Source: Candidatus Cloacimonadales bacterium (lineage in GTDB: Bacteria > Cloacimonadota > Cloacimonadia > Cloacimonadales > JAFGVF01). Taken from it: a DNA stretch of 64,000 bases. Under the pieces are notes generated by a model. The model was not told where the DNA came from. It made no database searches and saw nothing but the letters and a program-made list of their open reading frames with translations. A program made the translations under genes and the position numbers. Location: the NCBI GenBank assembly GCA_963678315.1, contig OY782781.1:32001-96000 (forward strand), read 5' to 3'. Each line of letters begins with the position of its first letter. The first letter of the stretch is position 1. This document shows, one piece after another, positions 21,536 to 30,967 of the stretch.

Positions 21536-22441
21536 ATGAGTAATTACTATAAGAATAGAAAAGAAATTGAGCTAAAAGTTGGAGTGTTTTTTGTTGTAGG
21601 ATTGATAGCATTGGTGCTAGGAATAGCATTTTTGAAGGATATTGCTTTTAATAGAGATAATGAAAGCCTAAGAGTTAAATTTGAGTCAACTAATGGATTA
21701 GATCCAGGAGATAAAGTCAAAATCAATGGTATTGATGTTGGCAAAATCGAAGACATTTCACTAGTTGAAGATGGAGTTCTTGTCCTTGCTTCTGTAGAGA
21801 AACAGCAATTTAAGCTAGGGGAAGACTCAAAGTTTCTTGCTTCAGAATCTAGTCTGATGGGTGGACACCATTTAGATATAGTTCCTGGAAGATCAACTAA
21901 TCCTCTAAGTTTTGATAAGGTACATGTTGGAGAGAATGGTTCTTCAATCTACTCTGTAATTGGTGATGCTAAAACTTTGATGAATAATCTATCTAACACA
22001 ATAGAATATTTGAATGGAAACTTAGAGATAATTGATTCTACTAAGGTCCTTTTGAGCAATGCTGGTAACGCAATAAAAGAAGTTCAAGATGTGATTGTTA
22101 GTAATAAAGATGATATAAAAAGCTTAATTTCTAGTCTAAATCATTCATCTAAAGAGATAGTTAACTTGCTTGATACAAATAAATCATACATTGATTCTAC
22201 TCTTGTTCAAGCCCCTGCTATAGCTAGTAATCTAAATCAAAACTTAAATGATATGAAAGTTGTGGTTTCTAAGCTAAATAGTATTCTTGATAAATATGAG
22301 TCAAACGATAATTCGGTAAAGAAATTACTAGAAGATAAAGAACTACACGATAAGTTAATACAAACAATTAACAGTGCAGATTCCTTGATAAATGATGTAA
22401 AAAAACATCCTTCTAAATATATAACAATCGAGATATTCTAA
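21536..22441 (+). CDS. mlaD: MCE/MlaD family protein
   Basis: N-terminal TM (ELKVGVFF), GLDPGDKVKINGIDVGKI, helical C-terminus. Confidence 0.85.
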   Translation: MSNYYKNRKEIELKVGVFFVVGLIALVLGIAFLKDIAFNRDNESLRVKFESTNGLDPGDKVKINGIDVGKIEDISLVEDGVLVLASVEKQQFKLGEDSKFLASESSLMGGHHLDIVPGRSTNPLSFDKVHVGENGSSIYSVIGDAKTLMNNLSNTIEYLNGNLEIIDSTKVLLSNAGNAIKEVQDVIVSNKDDIKSLISSLNHSSKEIVNLLDTNKSYIDSTLVQAPAIASNLNQNLNDMKVVVSKLNSILDKYESNDNSVKKLLEDKELHDKLIQTINSADSLINDVKKHPSKYITIEIF

Positions 22442-22452
22442 AAAGGTATAAC

Positions 22453-25400
22453 ATGAAAAAACATATAGTAATAATAATTCTTCTAAGTATAGTTATTGGT
22501 CTTTATGGTCAGTATTTTGGTAGAAACAAGATTCAGAATGAAAAAGAAGAGTGGTCACAGATTAAAACAATTCACTTTGATTTGTACTTCCCCAAAGGTG
22601 AAGATGATTTTGGTAAACAAGTAGCTGTTCTTGCAGAAGACACTTATTACTATCTAAGAGATGATTTTAAGACCCCATTACAAGGTAAGATACCGCTAAT
22701 AGTCTATCCATCTCAACAAGATTTCATTACTACCAATGTAATTTCTTCCCTCTTGAGTGAAGGAGTTGGTGGCTTTACTGAAAGCATGAAAAACAGAATA
22801 GTTATTCCATTCAATGGTTCTTACAAGGCAATGGAAGATGTATTAACACACGAAATGACCCATGCTTATATCAATGCACTAGATAAACAGAACCGTTTTA
22901 AAGGTTCTTATGGAGCAACTAATAGTAGATTACCATTCTGGTTCACTGAAGGGCTTCCTGAATTCTTATCCCTTGTAGGTGAAGACAATCACAATGATAT
23001 GTTCATTATTGATATGGTTCTTAATGATAGGTTAATTCCAATGGAACAAGTTGGTGGTTACTTTGCATATAGGCAAGGAGAAGCTTTCTTAAACTACATC
23101 TACAATGAGTATGATAGAGAAAAAGTTATGGAATTCTTTAATGCTATTAGACAACAAAGTGACCTAGACAAAGTATGCGATAAAGTATTTGGAATGACTT
23201 TTCATAACTTAGAACTTTCCTTTAAGAACTACCTCAAGAGAAAATACTATTACTACATCAACGAACTTAAAATGCCATACGAAGTTGGTCAACGCTTAAC
23301 TGATTTTGAGAATGTTGGTGGTTCAAGAAACTACGGTGTTAAAATATCTCCAGATGGAACTAAATATCTTTACTTTACAGATAGAGAATGGAGACAAAGT
23401 GTTTGGTTAGGAACATTCCATGATTCAAAAGAAGGTAGTAAGAAAATCTTCACAGGAGAAGCAAGTGGTCGCTTTGAAGAGTTTCACTATGACAAGAATA
23501 ATTTATGCTGGTTAGCAGATAATGAATCTTTTGCCTTTGTAGCAAAGACATCAAAAGGCGATAGAATATATATAATGAACTTAGATGGACATGTAATCAA
23601 AAACATTGAAATCCCTAATATAGATACTATTTTTGAGATTGATATAAACAATGAAGCTAATGAAATAGTCTTTTCTGCTGTAGAAGATATGCAGACAGAT
23701 ATCTTTACCTATAATATTGATAGTAAAAAACTTACTAAGATAACTAATGACATATACTTCAATCATCAACCAGCTTATTCTTATGATGCTTCTAAAATAG
23801 CTTTTGCTTCTGAAAGACACCTTGTCGACTCAGTAAGAGATGGATACTTCTCAGGTCTAAGAAATACTATTCTAGTCTATGACCGTGATAGTAAGCAATT
23901 CACTGATGTTACTTTAAATGATAATGATAACACTAACCCAACGTGGCTAGGCACAAGTAATGATTCTCTTTTATTCATAAACGATGAGTTACTTTCTAAC
24001 TATATGCTCGTAGACATCAAGAACAGTAAGGTAGCCAAAGTAACTAACATAATCTCAGGTGTTAATGATGGAGATATAAATTTAAATAAAAACAGGTTGG
24101 TAGTTTCAAACTATCAAGATAGAGGTTGGAACCTATATAGTATCGATTTACCATTAGAAGAACTCACATTTGAAGAGTGCAAGAAAGCAGAAATAGTCAC
24201 AATGAACAATGATAGAAGCCTCTTTTATAATGACAGCAGATTCAAGGAAATTGGATATGTAAAAAGAGAATTCAATAAAGTTAGAAAAGATTATAGTGGA
24301 TTTAAAGGAACTATAGTTAACTTTAACTATGATGCTGTTAGCGATAGCACAGTCATTGCTGGTAACATGGACATCGATAATGTAGCAGATTCTTTAAAAG
24401 TAAGCCCCAAGATTGAAGACTACAAGGTAAGATTCCAGATAGATAACATTTGGGGTGGTGCAGCCTACTCTTCTGCTGATGGAGCTATTGGCTTCATCCA
24501 AACTAGCTTTAGCGACCTTATGGGTAATCATGGATTAGGAGTAAGTCTTGGTCTTGCAGGCAAACTAGAGGAGTCAAGTTTAAGCTTACGTTACCTCTAT
24601 TTACCATATAGATGGGATTTTGGTGTTGGTGGCTTCTATGTGAATGATGAGCAAGTTTATCGTTCTTCCTACTATTCTAATGTATTCTACCGAGAGAAAG
24701 AACTATCGGCAGGTATCAGTACAATGATAAACTATCCTATTAATAAGTTCTGGAGATTAGAATTTAACAACACCCTTTATAAATATGTTTCTGAATGGGA
24801 GATATCAGAAGACTTTGAAGAAAGCTGGAATCCTATTGATGAAGAAGCTAATCCTTATTTAGCCAAAGAAGATTATTTAATGGATAGACCTTCTTTCTCA
24901 ATTGTACACGATAATACTTTATATGGACCAACAGGACCATTAATGGGCTGGCGTGGAGCTTATACTTTAGAAGCTAATATAGGTGAAGAGAAATATACAA
25001 ATTTAACAAGCTATCTTGATGTTCGAGGATACAAATTCTTCCATAAAAGATATGCTATAGCAGGAAGACTTATAGCTGGATTCTCTCGCGGTAAAGATCC
25101 AACAATGTTTGAGCTCGATACTTACAATGGTGTTAGAGGCTATGACGATAATGAACCAGGACGTAAGAATAAGCTCTTAACCAGTTTAGAATTACGCTTC
25201 CCATTTATGGACTACGTTGATATTGCCTTCCCACTACCTATTATTCTAGGTAATATTAGAGGGGCTGTTTTCACGGATGTCGGTGTAATTTGGGGTGATT
25301 CAAGTTACGATGAGTTTAATGGCGATAACTATACATTCGATGCAATAAAAGGACAACGACTAAAAGATATTAAGATGGGCTTTGGATTCGGACCTAGATT

Positions 25401-25503
25401 TAGTATGGGACCACTTGTACTTAAGTTTGACTTTGCTTGGGATACTGATCTAGTTGACTGTGGTAAGCCTACCTATATGTTTAGTATTTACGAAGAATTC
25501 TAG
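22453..25503 (+). CDS. Omp85 (BamA/TamA)-like outer-membrane protein with N-terminal HEXXH peptidase-like and PD40/TolB propeller domains
   Basis: HEMTH and WFTEGLPE; ISPDG/PAYSYD repeats; VRGYD, ELRFP, C-terminal Phe. Confidence 0.8.
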   Translation: MKKHIVIIILLSIVIGLYGQYFGRNKIQNEKEEWSQIKTIHFDLYFPKGEDDFGKQVAVLAEDTYYYLRDDFKTPLQGKIPLIVYPSQQDFITTNVISSLLSEGVGGFTESMKNRIVIPFNGSYKAMEDVLTHEMTHAYINALDKQNRFKGSYGATNSRLPFWFTEGLPEFLSLVGEDNHNDMFIIDMVLNDRLIPMEQVGGYFAYRQGEAFLNYIYNEYDREKVMEFFNAIRQQSDLDKVCDKVFGMTFHNLELSFKNYLKRKYYYYINELKMPYEVGQRLTDFENVGGSRNYGVKISPDGTKYLYFTDREWRQSVWLGTFHDSKEGSKKIFTGEASGRFEEFHYDKNNLCWLADNESFAFVAKTSKGDRIYIMNLDGHVIKNIEIPNIDTIFEIDINNEANEIVFSAVEDMQTDIFTYNIDSKKLTKITNDIYFNHQPAYSYDASKIAFASERHLVDSVRDGYFSGLRNTILVYDRDSKQFTDVTLNDNDNTNPTWLGTSNDSLLFINDELLSNYMLVDIKNSKVAKVTNIISGVNDGDINLNKNRLVVSNYQDRGWNLYSIDLPLEELTFEECKKAEIVTMNNDRSLFYNDSRFKEIGYVKREFNKVRKDYSGFKGTIVNFNYDAVSDSTVIAGNMDIDNVADSLKVSPKIEDYKVRFQIDNIWGGAAYSSADGAIGFIQTSFSDLMGNHGLGVSLGLAGKLEESSLSLRYLYLPYRWDFGVGGFYVNDEQVYRSSYYSNVFYREKELSAGISTMINYPINKFWRLEFNNTLYKYVSEWEISEDFEESWNPIDEEANPYLAKEDYLMDRPSFSIVHDNTLYGPTGPLMGWRGAYTLEANIGEEKYTNLTSYLDVRGYKFFHKRYAIAGRLIAGFSRGKDPTMFELDTYNGVRGYDDNEPGRKNKLLTSLELRFPFMDYVDIAFPLPIILGNIRGAVFTDVGVIWGDSSYDEFNGDNYTFDAIKGQRLKDIKMGFGFGPRFSMGPLVLKFDFAWDTDLVDCGKPTYMFSIYEEF

Positions 25504-25512
25504 GAGTAGTCT

Positions 25513-28500
25513 ATGCAAAAGAAAGTATATCTAGTACTTTTGGCTATGCTTACAATACATCTTGTAATTGGAATGGATATTGTCATAAAGAATAGACCTA
25601 TAAATCAAGAAGTAAGCAAGAATGGAATAATTCTTAAGCAAGAAGGTTCTTATTATTCTGGGATAAAGAATGAACCTTTCATACCCATTCTAGCTAAATA
25701 CTTCTCTATACCAAAGTACAAGAAAGTAACTTCTGTTCAAGTTAAGATAAATTCAAGTTATACAGTCGATTTACCATTAGGAAATAAGATTAAAGCTCAA
25801 TCTGGACAGTATATTCTTTCACACAAGGATATTGAGATAATTGAGCAAGAAGAATACTCAAAAGCATCTTATCCTGATAAGCTATTATTCAATAGTGGTT
25901 CAAACATCTCAGCTAATGAGAACATCGCTTATGTAGCTCTTTATTCAGCCATTTACAATGTAAAAGAGCATAGTCTAACTATCCCCCATTCTTTTACTAT
26001 TAGCCTTTTCTTGGAAGATGATTATTCTCAAGAGTATTTCCCAGCTACACCATTTACTGAACAGGTCAATTCTCAATTACTAGATAATTACACACGCACT
26101 GCTACAGAAGATAAATATCTCATAATCTACCCTACTGAACTTGGCCAAGCATATTTGCCACTGGCTAACTTCCGACAACGCCAGGGGGTTGAACTCTTTA
26201 GCCAAACCACTGAATTCATCTATGCTAATTACAATGGGCAAGATAATCAAGCTAAGATTAGAAACTATATCAAAGAAGTTGTAGCAGACAATGCTATTAC
26301 CCATGTAACTTTAGGCGCAGATATTGAGCATATCCCTGAGAGAAGATTCTGGGCATTTGATTGCGATTTTTCTAGCAACGACCAAGAAAACCACATTCCA
26401 GCGGATATGTACTATGCTTGTCTTAATGGTGACTGGAATGCAGATGGCAATGACTTATATGGTGAAGACATTGACGAACCTGACTATTTTCCTGAAATAG
26501 TTCTTTCTCGAATACCAGCTCGTACAAGTGCAGAAGTCCAAGCTATGGTAAGCAAGATAATCGATTATGAACAAGTTAATTACCCAGATTATTCTACAGG
26601 CTTAGGGCTTTCTTCTAATTTGTGGGAAACATCTAATAGTGTAATAACCCAACAATATATTGAAGCTCAATATTACAATGATTTCATTGAGAACACTATT
26701 CTTTATGATGAAGATAACAATGTGAACAATGCTCAATATTACTTCAATCAGAACCCTAATATTGTACAACATACAGGACATTGTTTTACTCAAGTTATGG
26801 CTTTAGAAGATGGACTTATCAATCAAGACTTTGTTGATAATATGACTAATGATTATGCTGGTGTGGTTTATTCTATAGGTTGTTGGGCAAATGCCCTAGA
26901 TTATGATAGCATAGCTGAAAAGCTAATGCGTAAAGATAATCATGGCATTACTACTTTTGTAGGTAACTCTAGATATGGTTGGGGTGCTCCTAATGCAGAT
27001 GCTTTTGGTTTCTCTGAATTCTATCAAAAGGAGTTCTTTAAGCAGCTCTTCCTCAATAAGCAAACTAATGTAGCAAGTCTTAATCAGCTTCAAAAGATTC
27101 CTTTCGTTGCTTATATGGGCGGTAATTCAGTCTATAAATGGGTATCTTACGAGCTTAACACGATTGGAGATTCTTACTTTAATTTGATAATAAATGAACC
27201 TAAGCAGCTTGATGTTACTTATAACAGTATTGGTGATAATTACTATCTTTCTGTACAAGATAATGGAATTGAAGTTAATGATGCACAAGTCTCAGTTAAT
27301 GGAACGATTGTTGATAATAACAATGGGACATATCAATTTATGGCTGAACCTGCTAGCATTGTTAATGTCTATAAATATGGTTATTATTACAAGACTATTG
27401 AGCTTGAAAGCATTAACGAGACCGGCTTTTTATCTCTTAACTATACCTATCAACCAAGCCAGGATAACCCTGAAAACAATATTTTCTATAAGTTAATTAA
27501 TTCTAGTGATGAAGACCTAAACTGGGAATTACGTGTAAGCTATAACAACTCAATTGATGAGAATATAGCTTATGGTTCATTAGCTGCAAACTCTATTTCA
27601 GCTGACTTATCGGGTTATCATAATTTCTTGTTTCCTGATGGATTAAGATTCACACTATGGGATAGCCAAGCAGGAATAATTATTGATTCTAAATCTTTTA
27701 GTCAGGATTCACCATCTCTCAACTTAACTATTAATAGTGTAGAAACACAAGTTTATCCCCTAGTTTATGAGCAAAGTAATCAACTCTCATTTAGTTTAAA
27801 AGATGATTCTTCTTACCCAAATATTGGCAGATACGACTTGTCTTTTACTAGTGATGATTTTACTATTAGCCCAGAAACAATAACTGATATTGAAGATATT
27901 ACTCAAGTGTTTAGCTTAGAGCTTTCACCCCTATCTTCTATTAATAATATTGGAGTTTTAAATGTCGATGTGACTATGCAGTTTGATGATGTATCCTTTA
28001 ATCAATCTCTTGATCTTCCATTAGCAATAGCTGAATCTTCTTTCCATGATGATTTTGAAGAATCTCCTATTTGGTTCTCTGAAAACCAATGGCAGAGAAC
28101 GACTGACCAAGCCTTAGATAGTGATTATTCTTTAACATGTCGACCTCAAGATTATGGTGATTATGTTCTAGATTTGCCATTAGTTACATTTACTGAACAA
28201 CTCGCTCTCAGCTTTGATTATAAGTACAATATGCCAATGTATGGATCTGATGGAATTTCTCTTTATCTTGTACACGGTGATGTTGAAGAGAGATTACTAT
28301 TCTTGGGTTCTGGTGGAGCCTTAGATGGACTAACAAGCAGAAACAATTATATCTTTAGTGACTGGGCAAATTACACTCTTAATCTGAATGATAATATTCT
28401 AAATCGACCAGCTTTAGGAGATGAGATTATCATTAGGTTTGTCTATACTTACATGGAAAATGAGGACATTCCAAATGATTATTATAATAATCCAGAATTA

Positions 28501-28854
28501 GGCACCTTCATTGATAATTTAAGCTTCATCACTTTGAATAATACCCCTAATTCCGATGATATTATTACTAGTGAAAGTAATCCAATTTTAATTTATCCAA
28601 ATCCTTCAACAATTGAGAATCTGAAGATTGAAGTAAATGACAGAATTGGTAATTCTTATGAATTGAAGGTATATAATATAAAAGGTCAGCTTGTTAATGA
28701 GATTAAAGGTCAATTAAATAACAAGGACAGTAAATTAATACAATTTAATGATAGAGCTAGTAATAAGTCAAACCTTTCTTCCGGAATTTATTTAATTCAG
28801 TATAAATCCGTTGACATTGTTGAGACAAGAAAAATTCTTATACTAAATAAATAA
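25513..28854 (+). CDS. C25 (gingipain) family cysteine peptidase with propeptide and C-terminal sorting-like tail
   Basis: IRNYIK, ADMYYACL, LSRIP, QHTGH and YSIGC catalytic region, IYPNP...YNIKGQLV...SSGIY. Confidence 0.85.
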   Translation: MQKKVYLVLLAMLTIHLVIGMDIVIKNRPINQEVSKNGIILKQEGSYYSGIKNEPFIPILAKYFSIPKYKKVTSVQVKINSSYTVDLPLGNKIKAQSGQYILSHKDIEIIEQEEYSKASYPDKLLFNSGSNISANENIAYVALYSAIYNVKEHSLTIPHSFTISLFLEDDYSQEYFPATPFTEQVNSQLLDNYTRTATEDKYLIIYPTELGQAYLPLANFRQRQGVELFSQTTEFIYANYNGQDNQAKIRNYIKEVVADNAITHVTLGADIEHIPERRFWAFDCDFSSNDQENHIPADMYYACLNGDWNADGNDLYGEDIDEPDYFPEIVLSRIPARTSAEVQAMVSKIIDYEQVNYPDYSTGLGLSSNLWETSNSVITQQYIEAQYYNDFIENTILYDEDNNVNNAQYYFNQNPNIVQHTGHCFTQVMALEDGLINQDFVDNMTNDYAGVVYSIGCWANALDYDSIAEKLMRKDNHGITTFVGNSRYGWGAPNADAFGFSEFYQKEFFKQLFLNKQTNVASLNQLQKIPFVAYMGGNSVYKWVSYELNTIGDSYFNLIINEPKQLDVTYNSIGDNYYLSVQDNGIEVNDAQVSVNGTIVDNNNGTYQFMAEPASIVNVYKYGYYYKTIELESINETGFLSLNYTYQPSQDNPENNIFYKLINSSDEDLNWELRVSYNNSIDENIAYGSLAANSISADLSGYHNFLFPDGLRFTLWDSQAGIIIDSKSFSQDSPSLNLTINSVETQVYPLVYEQSNQLSFSLKDDSSYPNIGRYDLSFTSDDFTISPETITDIEDITQVFSLELSPLSSINNIGVLNVDVTMQFDDVSFNQSLDLPLAIAESSFHDDFEESPIWFSENQWQRTTDQALDSDYSLTCRPQDYGDYVLDLPLVTFTEQLALSFDYKYNMPMYGSDGISLYLVHGDVEERLLFLGSGGALDGLTSRNNYIFSDWANYTLNLNDNILNRPALGDEIIIRFVYTYMENEDIPNDYYNNPELGTFIDNLSFITLNNTPNSDDIITSESNPILIYPNPSTIENLKIEVNDRIGNSYELKVYNIKGQLVNEIKGQLNNKDSKLIQFNDRASNKSNLSSGIYLIQYKSVDIVETRKILILNK

Positions 28855-28871
28855 AACTACAGGAGTTATGT

Positions 28872-30074
28872 ATGGCTGAACTTAAGAAGATATTAGTAAT
28901 TAATTGTGGCTCTTCATCACTGAAGTATGAGGTTTATGAGATGCCTGCTCAAAATAGTCTTGGTAAAGGACTTGTTGAAAGAATTGGCGAAGAACAAGGG
29001 CATATATCTCAAAAATCTCCTAAAGGTGAATATGATTTAGTAACACCTATCCCTAACCATCAAAGGGCAATGGAGTTAGTAGCAGAAGCTTTAACTTTAG
29101 CAGATAAGGGAATCATTGAATCTATCACTGAAATTCAAGGTGTCGGTCATCGTGTTGTTCACGGTGGAGAAGATTACGCTGCATCAGTTATTATCAATGA
29201 AGATGTAATCGCTTGTATTGATAAAAACTCTGAGTTAGCACCTCTTCACAATCCTGCAAACTTAACTGGTATTAAAGAAACAACTAAACTACTTCCAGAT
29301 GTTAAACAAGTAGCTGTTTTTGATACAGCTTTCCATCAAACTCTTCCACCTGCAGCCTATCTTTATGGTATTCCAAGAGAATATTACGAAAGTTACAAAA
29401 TTAGAAAGTACGGTTTCCATGGAACTAGCCATAGATATGTTGCTCAAAAAGCACTAGAAATGTGTAAACGTGATGCTTGCAATACAAATATAATCACTTG
29501 TCACTTAGGTAATGGAGCATCAATTACTTCTATCCAAAATGGACGTTCTGTTGATACTTCTATGGGATTCACTCCTCTTGCAGGTCTAATGATGGGCACT
29601 AGATCAGGTGATATTGATCCTTCAATCATTTTCTATCTCATGGATAGAGGTATGGATAGTAAAGAACTCAACAATATTCTCAATAAGAAGAGTGGACTTT
29701 TAGGACTTACTGGAATTTCTAATGATTTAAGAGATATTGAAAAAGCTGCTGAAGAAGGTGATGCTAAAGCTATTGAAGCACTTGATGCCTATGCTTACAA
29801 AGTAAGAAACTATATCGGTTCTTATGCTGCTAACTTAATTAAATGTGACATCCTTGTCTTTACTGGTGGAGTTGGACAATACGGAGTTAAAATGAGAGAA
29901 AGAATCCTTTCTAGAATGCAAAACATCGGTATTCACATGGACTTAGATAAGAACAGAGAAATCGGTGGAAACCCTGGTGTTATCTCAAAAAGATACTCTC
30001 CAGTAACTATTGTTGTTATGCCTACAAATGAAGAACTTCAAATTGCATCTGATGCATATGATTTAATATTTTAA
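28872..30074 (+). CDS. ackA: Acetate kinase
   Basis: LVINCGSSS, GHRVVHGG, APLHNP, YGFHGTSH, PTNEEL. Confidence 0.96.
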   Translation: MAELKKILVINCGSSSLKYEVYEMPAQNSLGKGLVERIGEEQGHISQKSPKGEYDLVTPIPNHQRAMELVAEALTLADKGIIESITEIQGVGHRVVHGGEDYAASVIINEDVIACIDKNSELAPLHNPANLTGIKETTKLLPDVKQVAVFDTAFHQTLPPAAYLYGIPREYYESYKIRKYGFHGTSHRYVAQKALEMCKRDACNTNIITCHLGNGASITSIQNGRSVDTSMGFTPLAGLMMGTRSGDIDPSIIFYLMDRGMDSKELNNILNKKSGLLGLTGISNDLRDIEKAAEEGDAKAIEALDAYAYKVRNYIGSYAANLIKCDILVFTGGVGQYGVKMRERILSRMQNIGIHMDLDKNREIGGNPGVISKRYSPVTIVVMPTNEELQIASDAYDLIF

Positions 30075-30091
30075 GTAACGTTAGAGATATT

Positions 30092-30120
30092 AGAGTGCTT
30101 TAATCAGCACTCTTTTTTTT
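30092..30120 (+). terminator. Intrinsic terminator after ackA
   Basis: AGAGTGCT/AGCACTCT stem plus T-run. Confidence 0.85.
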
Positions 30121-30142
30121 ATTTATTAACTTCTTATCCTTA

Positions 30143-30183
30143 AGCGTTTCCTGCATTAAATCGCAATTTAATGCAGGAGGGCC
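30143..30183. repeat. Dispersed intergenic palindrome, family A, copy 2
   Basis: AGCGTTTCCTGCATTAAATCGCAATTTAATGCAGGAGGGCC. Confidence 0.85.
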
Positions 30184-30315
30184 AAGAGCAAGACTTGATT
30201 TTACAATAATAGAATGTACCGTTTGATGCATAATCTTGCTGCAAATAGGCTTGTTAACAAAAGTCTGTTGCATCACTTGGGATAATTCTTAAAGACATCT
30301 TTTTTAGGAGAAGAA

Positions 30316-30696
30316 ATGAATTGTCTATTTTGTGACTTAGTTAAATTTGCTATAAAAGAGAATGATAAAGCTTATGTAATAAAGGACAAGTTTCCTGTCA
30401 CTAAGGGCCACCATTTGATTATACCAAAAAAACACAGTAATGATTTCTTTGAGTTAGAGAATTCTGATCTTATTGCAATTAAAGAACTAATTACTGAGTT
30501 AAAACATGATTTAATGTCAGATGATGAATCTATAAGTGCTTTTAACATAATGGTCAATGTCGGAGAAGATGCAGGACAGTCTATCTTTCACACTCATTTT
30601 CATTTGATTCCAAGAAGAAAAGGTGATACAGTTAAGGAAGAAGTTGCTAAAACAAGTAAGCATGGCATTCTTCAGAACTTAATTAGTAAATCTTAG
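30316..30696 (+). CDS. HIT family nucleotide hydrolase
   Basis: CLFC, PVTKGH, AGQSIFHTHFHLIPR. Confidence 0.92.
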   Translation: MNCLFCDLVKFAIKENDKAYVIKDKFPVTKGHHLIIPKKHSNDFFELENSDLIAIKELITELKHDLMSDDESISAFNIMVNVGEDAGQSIFHTHFHLIPRRKGDTVKEEVAKTSKHGILQNLISKS

Positions 30697-30700
30697 GACT

Positions 30701-30959
30701 GTAAGCATCCGCCGATAGGCTGAACAAAGTTCATGCTTACGTAAAAGTAAAGTGATTTAAGAATGTTATTATATGTCGCCCTTTCAGGGCTAGTAATTAT
30801 ATGTATAGCATACACGGGGTGCAAGACCCCATGCTTAGTATATATCACCCCTTCGGGGTTTATAAACAGATTCCGAATTAACCGTAGAGATACAGACTAA
30901 ACACTTTTAACAAATCCAGATAATTTAATTAGTAGGGGTGCGAGTTCCACACCCCTACT
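30701..30959. repeat. Cluster of GC-rich REP-like hairpins between convergent genes
   Basis: GTAAGCAT...ATGCTTAC; GCCCTTTCAGGGC; GGGGTGCAAGACCCC; ACCCCTTCGGGGT; AGTAGGGGTG...CACCCCTACT. Confidence 0.65.
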
Positions 30960-30967
30960 TAAGCTTT

